Assembly (NCBI GenBank): GCA_030550585.1
Contig: JAUQPB010000004.1
Coordinates: 99,883-163,882 of the forward strand
DNA: 64,000 nucleotides
Reading direction: 5' to 3'
Source: Thermoproteota archaeon
GTDB taxonomy: Archaea; Thermoproteota; Thermoprotei_A; Sulfolobales; Ignisphaeraceae
Shown here one piece after another: positions 19,411 through 29,205 of the stretch. A program made the position numbers and the translations under genes. Positions within the stretch are counted from its first letter, which is position 1, and every line of letters begins with the position of its first letter. The notes under the pieces are model-generated. The model saw only the letters and a program-made list of their open reading frames with translations, had not been told where the DNA came from and did not search any database.

Positions 19411-20430
19411 TTAAACTTCTATTCCTTTGCTTTTTGCTATATCTAATATGCTATTCCAAATATCTTCATCTAGTGGTATACCGTGTGCAATTCTTTGCTC
19501 ATATACTCTATCCTCTGGCTCTCCTGGTAACAAGACCTCAGAAAAGCCTTTGGCTGGTGGACAGGACTTCACTTCTTTAACTAGCTCATCAACTAATGTT
19601 AGATACTCATTCATGTCTATGAATTTTGCTGAGTCAAGTACAAGAGATAGAAAGCCTCCCTGAGTTGAACCATGGTGTAGAATCTTTGTGCTTAATGTTT
19701 TTCCAGCTAAAATCCCCGCTATAATCTCTATCATGAGAGATAGTGCATACCCCCTTATAGCCTCCGAATGGAAGTAGAGCATATACTTTACTAGGATCTC
19801 TAGTTATTCTTCCTTCACTATCTATTGCCACACCCTCTGGTATGCTCTCCACCCTCATAGCCGCTAATCTTATTTTATATGATGCCATAGCACTTGTGGC
19901 CATGTCTATGACTATAGGTTTAGACTTTGTTGGAAAGGCAATAGTAAATGGGTTTGTGCCAAACAAAGGTTTTGAACCTCCAAAAGGAACTGCAAGAGCA
20001 GATCCATTAGCACATGCAAATCCAATAAGTTTTTCATTAGCTGCCATAATTGAGTAGTAAGCAAGCATTCCAACATGGCCAAGACTCCTAACAGCAGCAA
20101 TACCCATACCAAATCTCTTTGCCCTTTCTATTGCTATACGCATAGCTTTAGCAGCTACGGGAATACCTAAACAGTTATTGCCATCAGCAACAATAACATT
20201 GTTTTCATCTCTAACAATAGATAAAATTCCACAAGGCTTTACATAGCCTTTTTCAATACCTTCGACATAAACCCTAACTCTGATCACGCCATGGCTATCA
20301 ACCCCCTAAGATTAGCTAAAACTAGGTGATCTGCAATAATCTCAGCATCTTCAACAGAAAAGCCATAGGAAAAGAATATTCTTTTAACCAAATTCCTTAA
20401 AACATTATTACTAACAACTACGACACACAT
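19411..20430 (-). pseudogene. Ldh_2 (malate/L-lactate/sulfolactate dehydrogenase) pseudogene
   Basis: (G)VDSHG, H.GMLAYY, GTNP, DMATS, GGYKG and LPGE motifs; frameshifts in G5 runs at 20302-20306 and 19750-19754. Confidence 0.85.
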
Positions 20431-20981
20431 ATAACATCACAAACAATTAAATGGAAAACAAGCTTACTTAAGTATTTATAAAACAAATTGCTTAACGATC
20501 TTAGTCTTTAGATTCATCAATGCCTCTTCAAACCTTCTCACAAGTTATTTTAGTTTCTAGAAGACAAATTAAACCATCGTACCCCAGTCTTCTAGAAGCA
20601 GATGAGCATATATGAGACACATCTAATCAATATCTATTTACAGTACTCTTTGTCTCATGGATTTGATTATCGGAAAACTCAATGATATGTCTATTCCAAA
20701 GAGCTCTAAGCTTAGTGTATTCAAACTTCAAGTTCATTAACAACCTTTGGGGTATGTTCAAAGTCTTATGATATATCATCAGATATTATTGAGAATTTTA
20801 TGTGAAGTTATATCTGATATCAAGAATTTATCCAAGTGTCATAGCCTCAACTAAAACGTCTTATGTTAGTTGTTCTAATTTGGAGTATTTTTATGTGTTG
20901 AATGTTGAGGAAAGCATAAAAGATATATAAAATCAAATTTTGTGTTATGTATAAATGCAATGCTTGCTGAGGTGATATTCT

Positions 20982-21100
20982 ATGGCTAAAAGAATTGGTG
21001 TAGGTGTTGTTGGGCTTGGGGCTATAGGCAAGGTTCATGTGGAGGCTATTAAAGATCTTGAAAAGTCTACGGATTATATAAAGCTTGTGAGTGAGTTGAT
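20982..21100 (+). pseudogene. Gfo/Idh/MocA oxidoreductase N-terminal fragment
   Basis: IGVGVVGLGAIGKVH Rossmann start, then similarity is lost. Confidence 0.65.
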
Positions 21101-21603
21101 CGGGGGAGGAAGCATAAAGCTTAGGGCAGGCTCTGCAACAGGTCTCAAGGTAGAGGATATTTGTAGAGGATGCGCAACACTAATATTTCTCATAACACCC
21201 GATATATGCAGTAAGACATAGACATAAAAACGCTTTTGACGAACAAACAAAGGCAACAGTATTTCGCTGCAGAAACCCGGTAACCGCTATTGCATCGCCT
21301 ATTCAATTACTGGTCGTGATTGTTGAGTTCCATTCTGCATCTTTATTGGCATGTGACACGCAAAAGTCATGGAGTATAAAGAAATACAAAGGATGTAGCA
21401 GTTTATATAGCCACCTACATAGAAATAAGATGCAGGTTTTTGGATGACGCTACTGCCGAGAGCTGAAAATGTGATGATAGGAGGGGGTACCTGACAACAA
21501 ATTTTGAAATGCTATAGGGTATCGCTAAGCATTATCAATGTGTTTAATATGTTTTGGTAATGTTTAAATATCCTTTAAAATATTACTATTTTGTGTGGTT
21601 TGA

Positions 21604-22257
21604 ATGAGTTTATCTGCTGAGTATATTGTTAAGCTTTTTGAGGAGGATGCCAGGGCTAGGAAGAGGCTTGCTGAGTTACTTGTTTCTGAGCCTGACATAA
21701 GGTTGGCTGTGGTAAATGCTGTTTTGAGGGATGTCGCAACGAAGAGTGATTTGGAGAGAGTTGAGAGTAGTTTGAGGAATGAGATTAGGTCTACTGAGAA
21801 GGGTCTTGGAGAAGCTGTAGATGGTTTGAGAAGGGAGTTTATGGAGTATAGAAAAGAGTTTATGGGCCACATAGAAAACATTAACAAGTCTATCGAGAAC
21901 CTGAGATCAGAGGTGTTCAACTCTATAAATAATCTTAGATCAGAGGTGTTCAACCACATAAATGAGTTGAGAAAAGATATTTCAGAGCTGAGGGACAGGG
22001 TGTCAAGGTTAGAAGGCGCATACAACGAGTTAACAAAGAGAATAGACGACTTAGACAAGAGGATAGATGGCTTAGATAAAAGGATTGACTCATTAGATAG
22101 AAGAATAGATGCATTGGATAAGAGAATAGACGCATTAGACAAGAGGATAGATGCGTTAGACAAGAGAATGGACTACATAACCAAAATATCATGGCTATTA
22201 ACAGGCTCAGTAATAGCAACACTAATAGCAAACATAGTGATAAGAATGCTACCATAG
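21604..22257 (+). CDS. paREP-like / CCDC90-like coiled-coil protein (head, ATKxD neck, stalk, TM anchor)
   Basis: VATKSD neck, 11- and 7-residue repeats, C-terminal TM helix. Confidence 0.75.
   Translation: MSLSAEYIVKLFEEDARARKRLAELLVSEPDIRLAVVNAVLRDVATKSDLERVESSLRNEIRSTEKGLGEAVDGLRREFMEYRKEFMGHIENINKSIENLRSEVFNSINNLRSEVFNHINELRKDISELRDRVSRLEGAYNELTKRIDDLDKRIDGLDKRIDSLDRRIDALDKRIDALDKRIDALDKRMDYITKISWLLTGSVIATLIANIVIRMLP
22031..22173 (+). repeat. About seven imperfect 21-bp tandem repeats encoding (L)DKRID(A/G/S/D)
   Basis: TTAGACAAGAGGATAGATGCG-type units; two 33-bp units (LRSEVFN) precede them at about 21889-21963. Confidence 0.9.
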
Positions 22258-22752
22258 ACTAGACCTGTCACCCTCTAAAAACCCTTATAGTGTTTGCAAT
22301 AGCCTTAGCGATGGTCTATGTATCATATAAGGAGTTGGCAATACCTTTTTAAATGCGTATTTAGGTGTCCTAGCAACATGAAAGTGCCTATTTGATGTTC
22401 ATTAATGACACATTGGAATGTACTTAAACTATGCCATATAATCACATCCTTTGTCAATCATGTACCTAAAATTCTCTTGGTTTAATATTGTAAAGGTATT
22501 GTATAGAAATTGAGGTTGGTTTTGATATCCTATTATATTAGGTCGTGGAGCAGGGGTTACAAATAAGATAGTCTAATTATAGTTCTTCATAGCGTTTTAG
22601 AGAATAAGACAAATTTAGAGGTTATTTTAACATTAGCTATCGATAAGCATAGCTAAGCTGGTATGTCATAGAAATGTGGTAAATGTGATAAGAATTGAAG
22701 AAAATGAAAAATTGTTTTATTTTCTTAGTGGCCTTGGGTTTTTTAGGCTTTA

Positions 22753-23240
22753 CTACAAGCCGTCTATAGGTTTGTTCTCCACATAGTTTATTATGGCCTC
22801 TACAACAGCTTCATCCATGTTCCTAAGTGCTTCGTGTGTATATGCTGCTATGTGTGGTGTTATTATAATGTTTGGGTATTTTAATAGTCTGTGGTCTGCC
22901 CCTATAGGCTCTCCCTCAACAACATCTGCTGCATATGCTGCTACAACACCCTTTTCGATGTATTCACATAGAGCTTCTTCATCTACAAGCTCTCCTCTAG
23001 CTGTATTAACTATTATTACACCCCTCTTCATTTTACTTAAAATGTTTTTGTTTATCATATGGTATGTCTCATTTGTTAGCGGTGCGTGAAATGTTATTAT
23101 ATCGCTTTCTCTAGCCAGCTCCTCTAAACTTGTAGCGTAATTATATCCCATTGTCTCAACTCTTTCTTTGGGTATATACGGGTCGTAGACAATTATCTTA
23201 GCTCCAAAGCCTTTTGAAAGTATTTCAGTTACTCTAGATA
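22753..23240 (-). pseudogene. D-2-hydroxyacid dehydrogenase C-terminal fragment
   Basis: HAPLT, NTARG, ADV..EP and TPHIA present; N-terminal half and GxG motif missing. Confidence 0.8.
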
Positions 23241-23554
23241 CTATAGAGGTTTATGAGAGGCTGGATGGTCTGTTGATAAGAATCCAATGACTATACCATG
23301 TCTTATACATATGAGTTAGAGGGATAGCGGATTTGATAGAGAAAGAGGGTTACGAGTCAAAGAGGAGAGAGCTCATCGACTATGCATGGAAATTTACATA
23401 CCTTGTTATGGCGGTCTCAATAATTGCAGCAGTAATGAATATATTTAACTCTGGTTAGATTATTGCAGTGTCTGGGGTGTTTATGTACTCTAGTTCTGCT
23501 CCTTGGTGGAAAGAGGTTTGGGGTTGAGATAGGGTTAAAGATGTTTTAAGGACT

Positions 23555-24152
23555 TTGCCTGGCAGGCTTGGTTTTGAGAGGAATAGGTATTTAAGGTTCT
23601 TTAGGCTTAGAGTTGATCTGGAGACGGGAGAGGTTTTTGATGAGGTTTTAGAGAGGTTTCTAAGTGAGAGGGAGAGATATGGGTTGTACTATGTGCTGTA
23701 CAACTATGCGCAAACAGCTGTGGATATTGGGGGAAAGCGGAGAATACGCCACATTGACACAGATTTGCCCAGCTATTCACTGCCCAATGGTAAAGCAAAA
23801 TATAGACGCATTCAAGGTGCTTGTAGACTCTGTCTTCTCGTCCAACCCAGACCTTCTATACAAAGCCGCTGAGCCATTTAACTACGAAAAAATTGGGTTT
23901 GGAGACGCAGCTGTGAAGGTGTATACACTGCCTAGAGTCCCAATAGTTGTTGCTATATGGTTTGGCGAGGAAGGAATACCGTCATCAGTATCACTACTAT
24001 ACGATAAAAACATTTCCAACTACATCGAATGTGAAGCAGCCTCCATCATGGGCGGAATTCTGCTGGCAAGACTAATAATATCACTAAGCAGGTCAGCAGG
24101 TATAGACACAAGCAACATTAAATATAGCTATAGATACCAGTGCCCAGAATAA
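23555..24152 (+). pseudogene. DUF3786-like protein split by a +1 frameshift
   Basis: GDAA...LPRVP...W.GEE..P...LLYD pattern; removing one G from G5 at 23729-23733 joins the two ORFs. Confidence 0.6.
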
Positions 24153-24315
24153 TCATATCCCCTTCTCCCCACCTACAGGAGCTGCACCCCCCTCCGCAAA
24201 CTAAAATCATCTCTACACAAACATTTATAAAATTTTCTGAACCGACCTCCTCCCCACACTAAAGAACAAGGCCTTCAGATGTAATTGATGATCAATGAAA
24301 AACATGACCCAGACT

Positions 24316-24350
24316 CTACAGAACTGCGTAGCAGCTACAGAGGTGTGTAG
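24316..24350 (+). repeat. Tandem CTACA-N6-(T/C)GTAG boxes, inverted relative to 30300-30334
   Basis: CTACAGAGGTGTGTAG (24335-24350) is the exact reverse complement of 30300-30315. Confidence 0.7.
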
Positions 24351-24383
24351 TGGCAAAAATAAGGAAAGCATCATTTTAAGCAG

Positions 24384-26522
24384 TTAGGAAGACACAGCTA
24401 TCTTTATGGGGTAGTAGACGCAGACCCCTCCACCTAGCTGTGTGCAATACTGTAAAAGCATGAACACAGTTCCAGACCGGCCAGCTGCTGTGAAGTACCC
24501 TGAGAAGCTGATGTTGCTTCTTGTGCTTGGGGCTATCACCACCCAATCAGTTGATGTTGTTGCTGGAGCCCCGCCAACAATTCTGATTGGCTGGCTTGTA
24601 TAGGTCGAGTTGCGTATCGTGATGTTTGCTGTTAGATATGTACATTCGATACAGTCAGATAGCAGGAGCCTGGCATAGTATGGCTTGGAGTCGCTGTTGT
24701 ATATGGATGAGACTATAAAGCCTGTTACACTTGCTGAAGAGCTCGATATTGCGGCTGAGACAGCTACGCTAGTGTAGTTTGCTCCCGGAGACCATGAGAG
24801 AGTGCCTGTTGTAAGGCTATATGTGTCGCCACCGAGTATAGCATCTCCAGAGGTGTAGACGAGGCAGGGCACCCCATCGGGAAACCTCACCACAATCCTG
24901 CCATCAATACCCGTTCCCACAACAGCATCGGTAACAACATTGAGTGCAATGTGACTGGTAGTAGCTGTAGCAGAAGCCACCAGATTCCCTAGATTATCCC
25001 ACAGCCAAACACTATAGCCCACAGGAACATTCTGAACGGTTATAGTCCTGGGGTCTGATGTAGAAACTATGAAGTCGTCGAAGTAGACTGTGCTGGTTCC
25101 TATGATTCTATCGACTTCTACGCCTACATACGATGGTTGGAAGAACCTCGTGCCAGTGATTGTCGCTGATGCAGTGGCGACTCGGTTGCCTCTCACATCA
25201 TATATGTATGCTGTGATGGATATGCTATTCCCAGTTACAATATATATAATAACAACTGTGTACCATGCATCTCTACTGTAACCAGATATAGTTGCACTAG
25301 CGTGTTGGTTCCAGCTACCCACATAGCTCCAAATATACAAATAGCCGTTGTAGATAGATATCTCGTATAGTCTTTGAAGCGTAGAGTCTATGAGGACTAT
25401 CCCCCTGTATGTCTCAGCACCAGATGCAAGCCTCGTCTTAACTGATACCCAGAGAGAGCTGTAGCTTGAGACAGATGTTGCCCAGTAGTACTGCGATGCC
25501 CATCCTATACCCCCGTCGTTGTCCTGCCCTGAAAGAGTGTTTCCCTTGTATCCCGCTGCTGTAGAGCCCCATGAGCCTCCTCTACTTGTCCACCCAGGAA
25601 CTGGATATGTCTCGAAGTCTGTGTATACTACTGCCCCCCTGCTAGCCCTCGTCAACGCTATGCAGTATGTTGTTTGCGGCTGTTGGAATGTTGTCGGCGG
25701 TGCTACAGGCGCTGTGGATAGCTGCATTGGGCTGTAGGCAAACGTGCCTGCGGATGCAACTGCTAAAATCAGTATCAGAGCTACTGCTATTGGTGTCTGT
25801 GTTGTGAGCAGCTTCTTTGCACCTTTTATCTTAGTCCACACCCTTTTCTCTACTGCTATCGCCGGCTCAACATATTTTCCATACAGGTATATTGTCCAGA
25901 CTATTGCGGCTAGCGACAGTGCTACGGCTACTGTTAGGGGTATTAACAGTGTGTATGGTGCTTCGAAGACCATTCTATACGCCACTGTTTTCAGCGTCTC
26001 TATCCCCGGATACTCTATGATTCCAGCCGATGTTGCGAGCCTTATGGTGTTGCCGTTTCTGGCTATTGCGAGTATTGTTGATGCGTCTGCTGAGAATGCT
26101 TGTGTGAGATATCTTAGGACGCCGGACACTATTTCGAGTGATAGGGAGACTCCGTAGGCTAGTGCAGATGCTGTCACATACCTCCTCTTGTATACCAGTG
26201 CTGTGGATGCTGTTGACATTGCCAGAAGCACAAATGTGTATACAGCTGTTGCCAGGGAAACTGTTTTGACAGCATCTATATTAGGCATGTAGATGCCGTT
26301 CCCATTTATTGTATTGGTCATTGAGTAGCCTGTGAGCGATATGTAGCCCCTTACAAAGCCCTCGACAAATATCTGCGGGTAGAGAAGAGCCACCAGATAC
26401 AGTATAGCTGTTAATGCGTTTGCAAGCCCAGCCAATGCTATGACTGCTCTCATCCTCTTGGAGATGAACCTCCCCAGAACAGCGTCCAGGTCTATCCATA
26501 TCTCACTGCCAGCGTCTGCCAC
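24384..26522 (-). CDS. Membrane domain fused to a TasA/AbpA-like pilin with an inserted lectin-like domain
   Basis: Internal signal-like segment GTFA-YSPMQL..APP; C-terminal NSDSKPYYARL matches NTDNKAYNVWL of 27609-28238. Confidence 0.6.
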   Translation of the reverse strand: MADAGSEIWIDLDAVLGRFISKRMRAVIALAGLANALTAILYLVALLYPQIFVEGFVRGYISLTGYSMTNTINGNGIYMPNIDAVKTVSLATAVYTFVLLAMSTASTALVYKRRYVTASALAYGVSLSLEIVSGVLRYLTQAFSADASTILAIARNGNTIRLATSAGIIEYPGIETLKTVAYRMVFEAPYTLLIPLTVAVALSLAAIVWTIYLYGKYVEPAIAVEKRVWTKIKGAKKLLTTQTPIAVALILILAVASAGTFAYSPMQLSTAPVAPPTTFQQPQTTYCIALTRASRGAVVYTDFETYPVPGWTSRGGSWGSTAAGYKGNTLSGQDNDGGIGWASQYYWATSVSSYSSLWVSVKTRLASGAETYRGIVLIDSTLQRLYEISIYNGYLYIWSYVGSWNQHASATISGYSRDAWYTVVIIYIVTGNSISITAYIYDVRGNRVATASATITGTRFFQPSYVGVEVDRIIGTSTVYFDDFIVSTSDPRTITVQNVPVGYSVWLWDNLGNLVASATATTSHIALNVVTDAVVGTGIDGRIVVRFPDGVPCLVYTSGDAILGGDTYSLTTGTLSWSPGANYTSVAVSAAISSSSASVTGFIVSSIYNSDSKPYYARLLLSDCIECTYLTANITIRNSTYTSQPIRIVGGAPATTSTDWVVIAPSTRSNISFSGYFTAAGRSGTVFMLLQYCTQLGGGVCVYYPIKIAVSS

Positions 26523-27628
26523 CTCCTCTCACCCCACACAAGATACTCTACACGGGCATAGACAAACCTGCTGCCCTCTGGGGGCTCAATATAGAGTGTC
26601 TCAAAGCCGTTTACAACAGCAGATGTGTTTGCATATCTCCAGCTCTCGCCAACTCCATAGGCATACTGGAAGGATATGTTGAATCTCATCGGAAAGCAGT
26701 TTGGGTTGTATATTGCTAGAGAGCCGTTTACAGCTCTAAGAATTGGGCTGTCGCCGTATACCCTGACCCTGTAGCTTCCGTAGAGCCTGCCAACACTATT
26801 TAGCGTTGCTATAACAGATACGTTCAGGTTGCCACTTTTCTCAAAAGCCTCTTCAACCATTTTTGGAGGTGGATAGCCTATCACATGGGTCGAGTTGTAT
26901 GCTGTCTTCACCAAAACGCCGTCTACATACATAGACGCATCCGATACTGCAAAGTCTCCAGTGTACCTAATAGTTATAGTACAGCTCTTGGGGTCGGAGC
27001 CTGCGCTAGACAGGTAGAGGGCTGGCGGATAGAGCCTTGTGTAGCCTGGGGCTGGCTGTGCAAAGCCGTAGACAAGCATTATAAACAGTATTATCGTTGC
27101 GTAGGTCAGGGCAGAGCTGACCCCAACAACCCTTGTCCTAGCTATAGATGCTACTGCAAAGCCTGTTGAGAACAGGAACAGCGGCAGCCAGACAAGGCGT
27201 GGGATGGTGGCGACGACAACGCCCCTAACCTGGTTGGGGGAGACAGGCGGGTCTGCAACATGGTTGGCATCGCCCTTGGTTATAACACACCTGCTCTCGG
27301 GGCAGAAGCCTATTACCCTGTGGACAACGCAGAAGCTTGGGTTGATGCAATAGACAACGACATCGCCTTTGGAGAAGCTTCCTCGGACAGAGACGACCAA
27401 GTCCCACCTGTGTATAGAGGGCTCCATACTGCTGGAATATACTATGAAGCCTCCAAACAGGTTCAGAATGTTTGCCCTAGACAAGAAGGCGAAGAGAAAC
27501 AGGGCAAAGAAGATAACTATAACAGCATTGGATATGTGGGAGAGGGTAGGGATAACCTTTCTATAAAAAAACCTTTTGTTTTCATAGGGTTCACATCGAC
27601 CACCCGCTCTATGGCGGCATCTCGCCAC
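26492..27628 (-). CDS. SipW/SEC11-type signal peptidase I with C-terminal extension
   Basis: SSSMEP, DLVV, VVHRV and TKGDAN..DP motifs; 5' end uncertain (see findings). Confidence 0.85.
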   Translation of the reverse strand: MARCRHRAGGRCEPYENKRFFYRKVIPTLSHISNAVIVIFFALFLFAFLSRANILNLFGGFIVYSSSMEPSIHRWDLVVSVRGSFSKGDVVVYCINPSFCVVHRVIGFCPESRCVITKGDANHVADPPVSPNQVRGVVVATIPRLVWLPLFLFSTGFAVASIARTRVVGVSSALTYATIILFIMLVYGFAQPAPGYTRLYPPALYLSSAGSDPKSCTITIRYTGDFAVSDASMYVDGVLVKTAYNSTHVIGYPPPKMVEEAFEKSGNLNVSVIATLNSVGRLYGSYRVRVYGDSPILRAVNGSLAIYNPNCFPMRFNISFQYAYGVGESWRYANTSAVVNGFETLYIEPPEGSRFVYARVEYLVWGERRWQTLAVRYG

Positions 27629-28238
27629 CTGGTGTATACACTATGTGCATGCTGAAGGTAGCTGAAGCACCTCTTATGCTAGCGCCCTCCGGTATGTAGA
27701 CCAAGAAGTCAATCTCCCAGGTGCCACCGTTACCGTTTAGTTGCCCAATCTGTATTGGGCTGTTGGTATTTTGAGCTGTCAGCTCAATAACCCTTATTAC
27801 ATTTCCTCCTTCTTGTGGCGTTCCAGGCTCTGGATACCCAGTTCCAAGGTCTCTTGAAGCACCTTTGTTGTAGACCACTAGATACACTTTAGAGCCTGAG
27901 GGCAGGGTATTTGCCACTTGGTCTAGAACAAGCCAAACGTTGTATGCCTTGTTATCGGTGTTCTTTATTATTGTGACGTTCTTGTAGTATGTTGTGTGGT
28001 ATGTTGGGTGGATTGCTATGGTGGCGCTTGTGCTGTTTTGTCCAACGCTAACAGAAATGGTGTTTCCTGATCCAAGGTCTAGCTGATTAGCATTGGTGCC
28101 GGCTGCAAAGGCTACTGGTGGTGTTGTTGGCTGTACTGTTAGCTGTAGTGGGTAGTAGGCAAAAACGCTGGCCGCTATGAATGCCGCTGCCAATAGTATT
28201 GTTGTTACTAGTAGTAGGTTTTTGTTCATATGAGCCAC
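27609..28238 (-). CDS. TasA/AbpA-like fibre subunit (SipW-class signal peptide)
   Basis: Signal peptide ending SVFA-YYPL, about 180 aa beta-rich mature region, adjacent to SipW. Confidence 0.65.
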   Translation of the reverse strand: MAHMNKNLLLVTTILLAAAFIAASVFAYYPLQLTVQPTTPPVAFAAGTNANQLDLGSGNTISVSVGQNSTSATIAIHPTYHTTYYKNVTIIKNTDNKAYNVWLVLDQVANTLPSGSKVYLVVYNKGASRDLGTGYPEPGTPQEGGNVIRVIELTAQNTNSPIQIGQLNGNGGTWEIDFLVYIPEGASIRGASATFSMHIVYTPGGEMPP

Positions 28239-28429
28239 CTGTTTTCCTCAGGTTAGCTTTTTTATTCGGTTAGGGTTTATAAACTTTCCTATTGTCACAG
28301 CATTGCTTTGCAATGGATATTCTCTAAATTTCTGTATTTCAACTCTATGTTGTGTTTTGGTTTTATAGGAAATGGTCTGCTGTTTGGCGCTAGCTTTTTA
28401 AACCCTACCGCTCTATATTTTCTGCTGGT

Positions 28430-29155
28430 TTGTTTGGGTGGATTGTTTTGGGCGGTGATGCTATTTGGTTTGTCGATGTTTTGGCTGGTGTTAGGGGTGA
28501 GTTGGAGTCTCTCTGTCATGGGTTTGGCGTTGCATCTGTGTGTAGTGCTGTTTTGGAGGGTTTTGCTGAGGCTTTGCCTAGTTGGTTTAGTGGTAGGAAG
28601 AGGAGGGTTATAGCCTCTGTAATCCTCTACACATCTCTTCTTATTGCGAGGGGTGTTAGGAAGGGTCTTCTCAAGGATGTTCTAGAGGCTTTAGGTGTTT
28701 CCAAGCCCTCTTTCAGAGATGCCTTCTCCAGGGTTGCTTTTGTTGATTGGGATACTGGGCTGGTGTACCTAGAGCCAAGGCTCTTCGAGGCTCTTTCAAA
28801 GAGGGTGAGGCTGCCGGGGCATGTGAGGCGCTATAGTGTTGGGGAGGTTGTTAGGAATAGGGTTGAGAAGGTTTATCCAGGTCTCTACAGCTCTCTAGAC
28901 CTTGTATGCATGAAGAGCTGTGGCAAGAGCTATCTCAAAACACTTTTAGAGGAGCCTGAAGTGGCTAGAGACGCTGTGCTCAAGCTCAGCACGCCGGGGG
29001 TGGCCAGGTGGATTGTTGAGAAGGCTGTGGCTACAATCGCAGAGCTTCTAGACATAGATGCAGAGCCCAGTAAGGTTGCGCAGCTTCTATTCGAAGACCC
29101 AGAAGCATTCAAAACAGCGATGAGAGGCCTCATAGAGAAGGCCTCTAGCGGCTAG
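28430..29155 (+). CDS. Hypothetical protein with a TFIIB-like cyclin repeat and a DUF3227-like C-terminus
   Basis: SGRKRRVIASVILY..LKDVLEALGVSKPSF resembles GR...AAA.LY...IA...GVS. Confidence 0.5.
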   Translation: MFGWIVLGGDAIWFVDVLAGVRGELESLCHGFGVASVCSAVLEGFAEALPSWFSGRKRRVIASVILYTSLLIARGVRKGLLKDVLEALGVSKPSFRDAFSRVAFVDWDTGLVYLEPRLFEALSKRVRLPGHVRRYSVGEVVRNRVEKVYPGLYSSLDLVCMKSCGKSYLKTLLEEPEVARDAVLKLSTPGVARWIVEKAVATIAELLDIDAEPSKVAQLLFEDPEAFKTAMRGLIEKASSG

Positions 29156-29205
29156 TCCAAGCAGCATTTATGCCGTTTTCTGCCTTGGATCCATGTCAAC
29201 TGGGT

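Noticed and set aside
21564-22163. 199-aa antisense ORF (SNASILL repeats)
   Set aside because: Shadow of the coiled-coil gene on the other strand.
22031-22173. 21-bp repeats as a CRISPR or non-coding array
   Set aside because: No spacers; the units are in-frame heptads with synonymous variation.
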